Part shown: positions 20,458 to 29,070 of the stretch, in pieces
How positions within the stretch are numbered: position 1 is the stretch's first letter
Layout: the number at the start of each line of letters is the position of its first letter
Origin: Flavobacteriales bacterium
GTDB taxonomy: Bacteria; Bacteroidota; Bacteroidia; Palsa-965
Length of the DNA: 64,000 bases
Assembly (NCBI GenBank): GCA_040377305.1
Contig: JBEIPA010000010.1
Span: 123,960-187,959 of the forward strand
Direction of reading: 5' to 3'
Program-made: the position numbers and the translations under genes
Notes under the pieces: generated by a model
Told to the model about the DNA's origin: nothing
Seen by the model: only the letters and a program-made list of their open reading frames with translations
The model's database searches: none

Positions 20458-21815
20458 AGCTGAATTCCGATTATCAGTACATCATCCACCTGTTCGAGAT
20501 TGCCTTTCCATTGAGTAAAAGCGTATTCCAAAGAACTACCTCGTTGCTCCACATCCATCGAAGCGAGACCCGCTATTTTGTCTTTCAACTGCGCGTGCTT
20601 AAATTTCTTACCACGCGGACCGCCGAACTGATCGACATATCCGTCCGTGAATAAATAGAAAATATCTCCCGGTTTCGAATCCCACTGATGCAGTGTAAAT
20701 GGTTTTGTGTCTCCTTCGTGAATACCAATGGGTTGCTTGTCGGCTTTGAATTCATGCAACATGTTTTCCCGCCAGATCCACACCGGATTATTCGCGCATG
20801 CAAATTGCACCTTTCCCGTTGCGAAATCGAACTGCGCAACTACACAGTCCATTCCGTCTTTACCCTTTTCCTCTGCACCATCCGGATTTAATGAACTGAT
20901 GATTTGTTCGCGCTGTTTGTTCAACAAAAGATCAGGTCGTTCAATCTTTTGTTCGGTTATCAATTCACGAAGAATGGAAATATTAAGCAGAGACATGAAA
21001 GCTCCGGGAACGCCGTGGCCTGTACAGTCGCCTACGCATAACACGAATTTTCCCGAAGGCGTTTCGGCTGCGAAATAAAAATCGCCACTTACAATGTCTT
21101 TGGGTTTGTAAAGTATAAAGTGTTGAGGGAGATTTTTTTTCATCAACGCTACCGGGGCGAGAAGTGCCGACTGAATACGTCGCGCGTAGTTTATACTATC
21201 TGTAATGGCTTTACTCTTTTCCTCGATCGCTTCCTTCTGTTCTTCAATTTGCGTAGCATACTTGCGGTTCTCATTCTTGAACATACGAATGGCAAGAAAC
21301 ACGAGCAATAACACGAAGGGAACATTTGGATAGCCGAGCCAACGTTCAGTATTGGTTACAGCATAATATGGAGTAACATGATCCAGCAGGTAAACATTGC
21401 CCAGCATGATGACCACCGTTATACCGAAATACCACATGATTGTTTTGCGGTCATCAAACAGAATATTGCAGGCAATCGGAAGAAACATGAAATAATAATA
21501 CGAATTCGTAACCGCTCCGAAAATGAAACTGAACGCACTGAGGAAAACGAAACCGTACCACATGCCAAAGTGAAATGCCATTGAATACCTCCGTTTGCTG
21601 ACCATGATCAGAATGGCCGCACTTTGCAGAACCGAATAAACTGTAGCAATTGTTGCGAAGTAATATTCCTTGGCAAACGCAAGAAAGAAATAGAAAACGG
21701 AAATAACGAGAACCGTGAAAATCGCCGTATTGTAAACGCGTAATCGGTTTCTGAGCACAAAGCTTTCACCTTCTGCAATTCCGGTATTGACGATACGGTT
21801 GTAAAACTGTTTCAT
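20454..21815 (-). CDS. Multi-TM PP2C (SpoIIE/SiaA-like) phosphatase
   Basis: About 5-6 TM helices, coiled coil, then PKDIVSGDFY, DCTGHGVPGAFM, DGMD, TDG, DD. Confidence 0.9.
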   Translation of the reverse strand: MKQFYNRIVNTGIAEGESFVLRNRLRVYNTAIFTVLVISVFYFFLAFAKEYYFATIATVYSVLQSAAILIMVSKRRYSMAFHFGMWYGFVFLSAFSFIFGAVTNSYYYFMFLPIACNILFDDRKTIMWYFGITVVIMLGNVYLLDHVTPYYAVTNTERWLGYPNVPFVLLLVFLAIRMFKNENRKYATQIEEQKEAIEEKSKAITDSINYARRIQSALLAPVALMKKNLPQHFILYKPKDIVSGDFYFAAETPSGKFVLCVGDCTGHGVPGAFMSLLNISILRELITEQKIERPDLLLNKQREQIISSLNPDGAEEKGKDGMDCVVAQFDFATGKVQFACANNPVWIWRENMLHEFKADKQPIGIHEGDTKPFTLHQWDSKPGDIFYLFTDGYVDQFGGPRGKKFKHAQLKDKIAGLASMDVEQRGSSLEYAFTQWKGNLEQVDDVLIIGIQL

Positions 21816-21864
21816 CAGTCGACGCTAGCCGACTCTAATCTACGAAAATGAGAATGGGATTTAC

Positions 21865-22818
21865 TTATTTCGTGAAGAGGGAATTCACGAATTCTTTCTT
21901 GTCAAATAGCTGCAAATCGGTCATTTTCTCACCTACACCGATGTAGCGAACCGGAATCTTGAACTGATCGGAAATCCCGATTACTACGCCACCTTTTGCA
22001 GTTCCGTCGAGCTTTGTGATTGCCAGTGCCGTTACGTCTGTTGCCGCTGTGAATTGCTTGCATTGCTCAATTGCATTCTGTCCGGTTGAACCATCGAGTA
22101 CCAGGAGAACTTCATGCGGAGCATCCGGCACAACCTTTTGCATGACTTTACGGATCTTCCCAAGTTCAGCCATGAGATTCACTTTATTGTGAAGACGACC
22201 TGCCGTGTCGATGATTGCAATATCTACACCTTTCGCCACTGCCGAACTCACCGTATCGAAAGCAACGGAAGCAGGATCAGCGCCCATACCCTGGGAAATA
22301 ATCGGAACATCAACGCGCGATGCCCAGACTCCCAGCTGATCAACCGCAGCAGCACGGAAAGTATCTGCAGCGCCAAGCATGACATTTTTGCCAGCTTGCT
22401 TGAATTGATAAGCGAGCTTACCAATTGTAGTTGTCTTGCCAACACCATTCACACCGACAACCATAATTACGTATGGCTTCTTCCCCGAAGGAATATCAAA
22501 CTCCGCCGAGTCGGACGATTTATTTTCTGAAAGTAGTGTTGCAATTTCATCGCGAAGAATAGAATCGAGTTCGGACGTGTTCACGTATTTATCGCGAGCT
22601 ACTCTTTCTTCAATGCGGCGGATAATTTTCAGTGTTGTTTCTACACCTACATCAGAAGTGATGAGAACTTCTTCGAGATTGTCCAGCACTTCTGCATCGA
22701 CTTCCGATTTCCCAACTACCGCGCGCGCAATTTTCGAGAAGAATCCTTCCTTGGTTTTTGACAAACCCTGATCAAGACTTTCCTTTTTCTCCTTATTGAA
22801 AAAACCAAAAATGCCCAT
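21865..22818 (-). CDS. ftsY: Signal recognition particle receptor FtsY
   Basis: GVNGVGKTTTIGKLA, DTFRAAA, DTAGR, TKLDGTAKGG; start at ATG 22818. Confidence 0.97.
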   Translation of the reverse strand: MGIFGFFNKEKKESLDQGLSKTKEGFFSKIARAVVGKSEVDAEVLDNLEEVLITSDVGVETTLKIIRRIEERVARDKYVNTSELDSILRDEIATLLSENKSSDSAEFDIPSGKKPYVIMVVGVNGVGKTTTIGKLAYQFKQAGKNVMLGAADTFRAAAVDQLGVWASRVDVPIISQGMGADPASVAFDTVSSAVAKGVDIAIIDTAGRLHNKVNLMAELGKIRKVMQKVVPDAPHEVLLVLDGSTGQNAIEQCKQFTAATDVTALAITKLDGTAKGGVVIGISDQFKIPVRYIGVGEKMTDLQLFDKKEFVNSLFTK

Positions 22819-22896
22819 AAAGAATGGTGTAGTATCAGAAACAACGAAAGCTCCTTTCATTGAAAGAAGCTTCGCGCTTTATCTTAACAGATAAAA

Positions 22897-23055
22897 TTAT
22901 TTTTTATTCGCAAGGAAATCTTTGATGTGGTCGTTATGAACCACTTCTTCCTTGAACGCGTATGCTCCAGTCTTAGGCGACTTAACCATTTTGATAACGC
23001 GGGTGAACTGTTTTCCTTCACCGGTTTTGAGTGTTGCAACTACTTTCTTTGCCAT
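22897..23055 (-). CDS. DUF4295 family small protein (52 aa, below the ORF-track cutoff)
   Basis: Hand translation MAKKVVATLKTGEGKQFTRVIKMVKSPKTGAYAFKEEVVHNDHIKDFLANKK; canonical position between rpmG and ftsY. Confidence 0.9.
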   Translation of the reverse strand: MAKKVVATLKTGEGKQFTRVIKMVKSPKTGAYAFKEEVVHNDHIKDFLANKK

Positions 23056-23077
23056 GACGCTTAGCTATTAACGGTGA

Positions 23078-23260
23078 TTACTTGATCTCTTTGTGAACCG
23101 TTTTCTTTTTCAGAATCGGGTTGTACTTTTTCTTCTCGATACGGTCAGGTGTGTTCTTCTTGTTCTTCGTTGTGATGTAACGAGAAGTTCCCGGAAGTCC
23201 GCTGTCTTTGTGCTCTGTGCACTCCAGAATAACCTGGATGCGATTGCCTTTCTTAGCCAT
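23078..23260 (-). CDS. rpmG: 50S ribosomal protein L33
   Basis: [45 protein letters not shown]. Confidence 0.97.
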   Translation of the reverse strand: MAKKGNRIQVILECTEHKDSGLPGTSRYITTKNKKNTPDRIEKKKYNPILKKKTVHKEIK

Positions 23261-23280
23261 TTTTCTACTTAATTGGACGG

Positions 23281-23288
23281 CAAAGGTA
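23281..23288 (-). promoter_or_regulatory. Bacteroidota -7 promoter box for rpmG
   Basis: TACCTTTG on the minus strand, 20 nt upstream of the ATG. Confidence 0.7.
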
Positions 23289-23441
23289 ATTAAATAACTT
23301 AGATTAATGACACAAAACGCACGTTTTTCCTTCAAATGCGCCTTTAACCGGTGAAATAAAGGAGAAATTCAGGCTATCTGGGCGCAAATTATTCCAAAAA
23401 CGCGGATTAAAGAAAGGGTAGAGCCGTCACGAAACTGAACT

Positions 23442-23497
23442 AAAAAGAAAATTCCTCATCGTAGCATCTTTGCAATAAAGACGGTCGATGAGGAATT
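23442..23497 (-). terminator. Probable terminator of the T9SS gene
   Basis: AATTCCTCATCG..CGATGAGGAATT stem with a minus-strand U tract. Confidence 0.65.
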
Positions 23498-23519
23498 CAG
23501 TTCCGTTATTCTTCGATAA

Positions 23520-25178
23520 TTAGTGCTTAACCACTTTCATCGTTGTTACAACATCATCCTGTGAAGTAACCTGCACGAAATAAACTCCGGCAGCTTCATT
23601 CTCTAACGACATTGATTCATTCAACTGTTGAGGCGCGAAAGCAAATACAATCTGACCAGCTACGTTTGTTACAGTAACTGTCTTTGCAAGCGCATCTGTA
23701 GTGAGCACAAATACACCATTTGTTGGATTCGGATACACTGAAATATTCTGAACGTGATTTGCTTCAATACCTGTGGAGAGAATAATTTCGCAGGCAGAGG
23801 TGTCAGAACAAATACCGTTGTTAACGATTACAGCATACGAACCATTCACAGTTGCGGTAAATGATTGATTCGTTTCTCCAGGAATAGCCTGCATCGTGTT
23901 ACAATCAATCCACTGGTAAGTTGCGGCTGAATCAAGTGCAGAAATTGTTTCATTCACCACCATTACTGCAACATTCACCGTATTCATGATCAATGTAATT
24001 GTATCGGCATCAACACAGCCATTGTTGTCGGTTCCAATCACTGCATAAGTCATAGTTGCATTAACTGTAAAGGGAACCCCGTCGGTAATGCCGTTATCCC
24101 AAGCATAGGTTGCAGCACCTGTGCCATTCAAAGTATGCATAGAACCTTCGCAGATGACGGTGTCATTTCCAGCACTAACAGTCGGCAAAGCATTGTAAAC
24201 GATATTTACAGTATCAGTTTTTGTGCAGCCGTAGCCGTCCATCACAGTAAGAATATAATCCTGCGTCATGAATGGGTAAAAAGGAACACCATCAGTTACC
24301 GCCTGATCCCATAGGTATTGCATAAATCCATTTCCTGTTCCGGCACCGGTGAGTGTTGCACTATCACCCGCGCAAATCGCGAAATCGTTTCCTGCGTTGG
24401 CAGTTGGCGTTGAAACCGTAATTGACAAGGTATCATTCAACAGCGAAGGACATCCGGGCATGTTTACCTGAACGGTATAAACAGTACTCGCGGCAACGTT
24501 CTCTACGATGGATGGAGTTACAGCTAACGTGCTCCATGCGTAAGTAGGGCTTCCTGGTGTGGTATAGTGAATAACTCCGTTCCACACGCGTGGACGAAAC
24601 ACGCCGCCACCATTGCTGAACGGATATTCCATGCCAACACCCTGCAGGAAAGTAATGTTTGCATCACTCGCATACGTTGTACCTTCCACACTTCCATCCG
24701 TATAATTCAGACTCACCGTCGTATTAGTCGAGGTTACATAAAAAGAATAAGTCTGACCGGCGGGAATAGTAACGTTTACTGATACTGGGACAGCTGTTGG
24801 GCTCCCAAACGGTTGTGCAATTACTGCAGCAGAACCTATCAAAGTCCAACCGGCAGCTGAAGTTTCGAAACCGGCATACGGGGTAGTTCTGTAGTAAATT
24901 TCAATGGTTGTATTGCTCATCGGGTGTGCGTCGAAAGAAGTGATCATTACTGTGTTGGTTGCAGCAATGTCAAACATATTACCACGATGGTTGTTTCCAC
25001 CTGCAAATGTTGAGCTGAGTGAAGTTCCTGGCCCGACCGCATTTGCGGTTAATGTTGTAGGGGCTCCAGCGCAAACAGTGTCGTTGGTACTTGCAGAGAT
25101 ATTTACTGTGCATTGTGCCTGCAAGTGTGATGCAGCCAACAACGCAACGCAAATAGTAATCGCGTATAGTTTTCTCAT
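23520..25178 (-). CDS. T9SS type A cargo protein with Ig-like repeats (adhesin-like)
   Basis: Signal peptide; repeats ANAGNDFAICAGDS / VSAGNDTVICEGS; C-terminal ISVYPNPTNG..AAGVYFVQV..KVVKH. Confidence 0.9.
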   Translation of the reverse strand: MRKLYAITICVALLAASHLQAQCTVNISASTNDTVCAGAPTTLTANAVGPGTSLSSTFAGGNNHRGNMFDIAATNTVMITSFDAHPMSNTTIEIYYRTTPYAGFETSAAGWTLIGSAAVIAQPFGSPTAVPVSVNVTIPAGQTYSFYVTSTNTTVSLNYTDGSVEGTTYASDANITFLQGVGMEYPFSNGGGVFRPRVWNGVIHYTTPGSPTYAWSTLAVTPSIVENVAASTVYTVQVNMPGCPSLLNDTLSITVSTPTANAGNDFAICAGDSATLTGAGTGNGFMQYLWDQAVTDGVPFYPFMTQDYILTVMDGYGCTKTDTVNIVYNALPTVSAGNDTVICEGSMHTLNGTGAATYAWDNGITDGVPFTVNATMTYAVIGTDNNGCVDADTITLIMNTVNVAVMVVNETISALDSAATYQWIDCNTMQAIPGETNQSFTATVNGSYAVIVNNGICSDTSACEIILSTGIEANHVQNISVYPNPTNGVFVLTTDALAKTVTVTNVAGQIVFAFAPQQLNESMSLENEAAGVYFVQVTSQDDVVTTMKVVKH

Positions 25179-25402
25179 CCTTTATTATTTTTAGTTTTTG
25201 AATTCGTGAATCCTGACTGTAAACGTCAGGATTTCTTCATGAGTTGGTTTTTAGGTGGGCAAATATACTTAACGGGGAAATCGCCCACCTCGGAATTACC
25301 GCAAAATGTTTGTGGAAACTAGTTTGGTGTACGGCAGAGACGCAATTTTCCTGTGGGCCTAGAAAAGGCAGTTCAGTTTCCAATGCAAAATCCTAAGGAT
25401 TG

Positions 25403-25996
25403 TTACTTCGGTTTGCAGTAAAACCGAAGTGTGCTGTTCTTCTTTTCGATTCCGGGCCAGTAATGGATCCTGAAATCAATCGCAACAACACCGCATGTCT
25501 TAACTTCATCGATGTGAATTTCGTCCTGCAATGCGTTCGCAGCGCTTGTTATTGAAGGATTGTGACCAACAAACATTACAGTGTGATAATCCGTGCTTGT
25601 CGACCGGATCCGTGAAATGAGCATCTCGCTAGAGCACGCGTACAAAGCACTGTCCCATCGTACCAGTGAAAATGGGTATCCGATTTTGGTACATATAATT
25701 TCAAGCGTTTGTCTCGTTCTTACAGAAGGACTTGAAACAATAAGATCGATTTTGAGATGGTGCGCCTTGATAGAGTCGGCCATCTCCTTTGCTTCCAATC
25801 TTCCACTCGAATCAAGAGGACGCGTAATATCAGGAATTGACATATTGCTCTTGTCAGACTTTGCATGCCGCAAAAGAATCAATGTGTTCGGTTGAATCGT
25901 ATCGACATTAACCACTGATTTTATTGCACGCTCCGGCTTCATCGCAAAGGAAATTGCAATTAATACCACGGCGCAGACAAAAATCGTCTTTCTCAT
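25403..25996 (-). CDS. SixA-like histidine phosphatase with N-terminal signal/anchor
   Basis: LLRHAKS, RPL, SSPSVRTRQT, VGHNP. Confidence 0.88.
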   Translation of the reverse strand: MRKTIFVCAVVLIAISFAMKPERAIKSVVNVDTIQPNTLILLRHAKSDKSNMSIPDITRPLDSSGRLEAKEMADSIKAHHLKIDLIVSSPSVRTRQTLEIICTKIGYPFSLVRWDSALYACSSEMLISRIRSTSTDYHTVMFVGHNPSITSAANALQDEIHIDEVKTCGVVAIDFRIHYWPGIEKKNSTLRFYCKPK

Positions 25997-27396
25997 TTCT
26001 TGTTGAGATAACTGTCTTCCGCCATCATTTTCTCCACTGCATCTGTCGTTTTCGGAACAGATCCCGATAAATTTTCCGGCTCTCCATCCGTAATGAGAAT
26101 GTCATCTTCAATACGCACGCCAATATTCCACCATTTCGGATCGCAGGGACTGCCTGCTGGAATATAGATTCCGGGCTCAACGGTAATTACGTTACCCACT
26201 TCAAGTGGACCATACAATCCGGCATCGTGCACGTCAAGTCCGAGATAATGTGAGCTTCCATGAAAGAAATACGTGACGTACTCATCGTCATTCTCGATAA
26301 TACCAAGCTTCTTCAGTCCTTTTTTAATCACCGCAACTGCAGCTTTGTGCGGATCGCGGAACTCATTTCCCTTTTTGCATTTTGCAATACCAGCAAGCTG
26401 GGCTTCGAGAACGAGGTCGTAAATAATTTTCTGTTCCGGAGAATATTTTCCATTCGCAGGAAGTGTACGCGTGATGTCAGCCGTGTAGCCGTGATATTCT
26501 GCACCGCAATCGACAACGATGAGATCGTTGTGATCCATGGGCTTTCTGTTGGTTACATAATGAAGAATGCAGGAATTTTCACCGGCACCGCAAATGCTCG
26601 GATAGCCGCATGCTTCTGCACCGCGTTTCATGAACTCATATTGAATTGCAGCCTGTACCTGGTATTCTGTCCACGTCGAATCCATGGCACGCATCAGTTC
26701 CATGTGTGCTTCATTGCTGATTTCAATAGCACGGCGGAGCAAAACCATTTCAGCAGGCGTTTTTATCTGACGAAGGATAGCCATGCACTGCTCCAGTTGC
26801 TTTGCATCTACGTTTTTGGACTTCTCCGTTTTCTTCCGGAAGTGCTCCATCATCGTATACAGATCGGCGTAATCGTTCGGATCATCATGAACATCGTCGT
26901 TCAGTGGAGCACACAAGACTTTCGTGAATTTCTTGTAGTCGATTACCAGAGACATGAAGTCTTTTCCTTCGAGAACCGAATTGATACGTAGTTGCGTTTT
27001 TGCTCCCGTTGTTCCCAGTCGTTTGCCCGTCCACGATTCCAATTTAGGACTGCGTTTTTGTACGAAGAGAATTTCATCCGTAAACAAAGAATCGATCTTG
27101 CGCTTCTCCTTGAAAACAAGCAGCACAGCATTTGGTTCGCGTAGTCCGGTGAGATAATACAGGTTCGGATCCTGGTGAAAATCGAACACTACATCATTCG
27201 CACGGGTGTGAACAGGATTCGAGAAGAAAACGGCCACGGAACTATCGGGCATCAAAGCGCGCAATGCATCGCGGCGTTCTTTGTGGAATTCGGGAGAGAG
27301 CAAATCGGTATCGTAATCGGCTCCTTCTGGTTTCCCGGAGAAACAGAGTACGAGAATGAAAAGTGAAAACAGGTAGACGCGGAAGCGATTTCGCAT
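25993..27396 (-). CDS. pepP: Xaa-Pro aminopeptidase (M24B, aminopeptidase P), exported
   Basis: AMP_N domain, LHY, DCGAEYHGYTADITRT, HYLGLDVHD, TVEPGIY, GVRIEDD. Confidence 0.9.
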   Translation of the reverse strand: MRNRFRVYLFSLFILVLCFSGKPEGADYDTDLLSPEFHKERRDALRALMPDSSVAVFFSNPVHTRANDVVFDFHQDPNLYYLTGLREPNAVLLVFKEKRKIDSLFTDEILFVQKRSPKLESWTGKRLGTTGAKTQLRINSVLEGKDFMSLVIDYKKFTKVLCAPLNDDVHDDPNDYADLYTMMEHFRKKTEKSKNVDAKQLEQCMAILRQIKTPAEMVLLRRAIEISNEAHMELMRAMDSTWTEYQVQAAIQYEFMKRGAEACGYPSICGAGENSCILHYVTNRKPMDHNDLIVVDCGAEYHGYTADITRTLPANGKYSPEQKIIYDLVLEAQLAGIAKCKKGNEFRDPHKAAVAVIKKGLKKLGIIENDDEYVTYFFHGSSHYLGLDVHDAGLYGPLEVGNVITVEPGIYIPAGSPCDPKWWNIGVRIEDDILITDGEPENLSGSVPKTTDAVEKMMAEDSYLNKK

Positions 27397-27456
27397 GATT
27401 AAAAGTACAAAAGCTAAAAGATACCCGCGCTACCGCTCATCACAAGGGTGCGTATA

Positions 27457-27489
27457 AGACCTTAAAGGTTTTTAAAACCTTTAAGGTCT
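27457..27489. repeat. 33-bp palindrome (REP-like)
   Basis: AGACCTTAAAGGTTTT-T-AAAACCTTTAAGGTCT, perfect 16-bp arms. Confidence 0.75.
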
Positions 27490-27511
27490 GTGTGTGTGCG
27501 CGCAGGTTTGT

Positions 27512-27547
27512 AAAAAAAAAACGCCCCGTCATTTCTGACGAGGCGTT
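27512..27547 (-). terminator. Terminator of rpmB
   Basis: Minus strand AACGCCTCGTCAGAAATGACGGGGCGT followed by a long T run. Confidence 0.85.
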
Positions 27548-27582
27548 GTGTTCCCGATTATTATCAGGATTGTATAATTCGA

Positions 27583-27819
27583 TTACTGAATGTAACCTTT
27601 AGCTTTTGCTTTCTTAATTGCTGCAGCAAGACCGATCTTGTTGATGGTACGCATGCCTGATGTAGTCACGCGAAGAGTGATCCACTTCTTTTCTCCTTCA
27701 ACGAAAAAACGCTTCGTGTGGATGTTAGGCTGGAATGTGCGCTTGGTTTTAGCGTTCGAGTGCGACACTTTATTTCCTGAAATTGTGCGCTTTCCTGTGA
27801 TTTCACAAACTTTTGACAT
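27583..27819 (-). CDS. rpmB: 50S ribosomal protein L28
   Basis: MSKVCEITGKR..GNKVSHSNAKTKRTFQPN; start at ATG 27819. Confidence 0.97.
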   Translation of the reverse strand: MSKVCEITGKRTISGNKVSHSNAKTKRTFQPNIHTKRFFVEGEKKWITLRVTTSGMRTINKIGLAAAIKKAKAKGYIQ

Positions 27820-27845
27820 GACTTCTTGCTTTATAAATTGGAGTG

Positions 27846-27853
27846 CAAATGTA
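27846..27853 (-). promoter_or_regulatory. -7 promoter box for rpmB
   Basis: TACATTTG on the minus strand. Confidence 0.7.
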
Positions 27854-27956
27854 GGTTTTTTCTCTTCTTCCAACAAAATTAGTTGTAAAAAGGTCAAAAT
27901 CGACCAGAATACGGGATTAGAGAAGGGAAAATGAGCACAGAAGCGCGATCAATCGA

Positions 27957-28883
27957 TCAATCTTCCCAATATTTTGTCCCATAGCGATCAATATACCCCT
28001 TCCCAAAACAGCTTTCGCAATCACCAGTCCTGAACCCAACAAACGCCAATCCGTTTGGTTCAAAGTCGTAAGCGGTTAAAAATTGAGGTTCATAAACGAC
28101 GGTGCCTTTGGCATCTTTGAAACCGATGAGCTTATCATCGGCGACAAACGATTGCATCCCATATTTCAGTTGATGGTAGCTCCAATCTTTTAGTTCAGAT
28201 TGGCATTTGAGTGTATCGCCCAAATAAATTCCCTTGGTATTGTAATACATCGAAGTGAAATAATCGGTGCGCACTTCCCAGGTTCCGCAATCGGTTGAAG
28301 TAACCCAGTAATAGGTGAAAGGAATTATCACGTTCCCTGCAGTATCTACTACTCCCCACTTGCCATTTTTACACATTGCAAATTGCCCGGAGTCGCCCAT
28401 GGACTGAGGGAAGTCGCCACGGTTTTTATAGATGAATGGAATTACAATGCCGCCCAATGAATCGAATACTCCACATTTTCCTTTGCCTTTCATGGCTTCG
28501 AGATACGGTCCTCTCCAGGTGAGCCACTCATATTCAATAGGAATTACAATCTGACCTGCAGCGTTTACCGCGCCCACATCTCCGTAGGAGGCTCTCCTGA
28601 TTTCGCGCAAACCGTGATGTTCTTCCGACTCAATCCAATAATACAGCGGCTGAACAATAACCTTCCCTGTTCGATCGATAATTCCAAACCGTCCGTTTTT
28701 TTGCACGACGGCCGTGGTCTTGCCGAATACATCAGCACGATCCCACGCAGGTTCAATGATGATCTTCTTTGTGCTATCGCAATAGCCCCAGAGATTTCCT
28801 TTGCGATAAGGAATCAGATCGGGCAAACGAGCCTCCGCAAGGGAAACAATACAAAACAAAACAGCTGCGAATACAATTCTCAT
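27957..28883 (-). CDS. WG-repeat (KWG-type) exported protein
   Basis: GNLWGYCD, GRFGIID, GKWGVVD, GYID repeats with VIIP; signal peptide from ATG 28883. Confidence 0.85.
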   Translation of the reverse strand: MRIVFAAVLFCIVSLAEARLPDLIPYRKGNLWGYCDSTKKIIIEPAWDRADVFGKTTAVVQKNGRFGIIDRTGKVIVQPLYYWIESEEHHGLREIRRASYGDVGAVNAAGQIVIPIEYEWLTWRGPYLEAMKGKGKCGVFDSLGGIVIPFIYKNRGDFPQSMGDSGQFAMCKNGKWGVVDTAGNVIIPFTYYWVTSTDCGTWEVRTDYFTSMYYNTKGIYLGDTLKCQSELKDWSYHQLKYGMQSFVADDKLIGFKDAKGTVVYEPQFLTAYDFEPNGLAFVGFRTGDCESCFGKGYIDRYGTKYWED

Positions 28884-29070
28884 AGTCCTATAACGAAGAA
28901 ACAGCCATTGCGATACATCTCTTCCATCCCCAAAACGTGTGATTGTCAACAATTACACTTATTCATTTGTTCAGAACACCTATCAGTCCGAATACATGGC
29001 CATTGGCAAAAACTATTAATTTCGGCAACGATTCCGATAGCTGTCGGGAAGCTGAACGTCGAACGTTGAT

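Noticed and set aside
26260-26991. 243-aa plus-strand ORF
   Set aside because: Antisense shadow of pepP
23078-27897. Longer ORF-track starts for rpmG and rpmB, and their lack of zinc-ribbon cysteines
   Set aside because: The extensions run through the promoter boxes; Cys-poor L28 and L33 are normal in Bacteroidota
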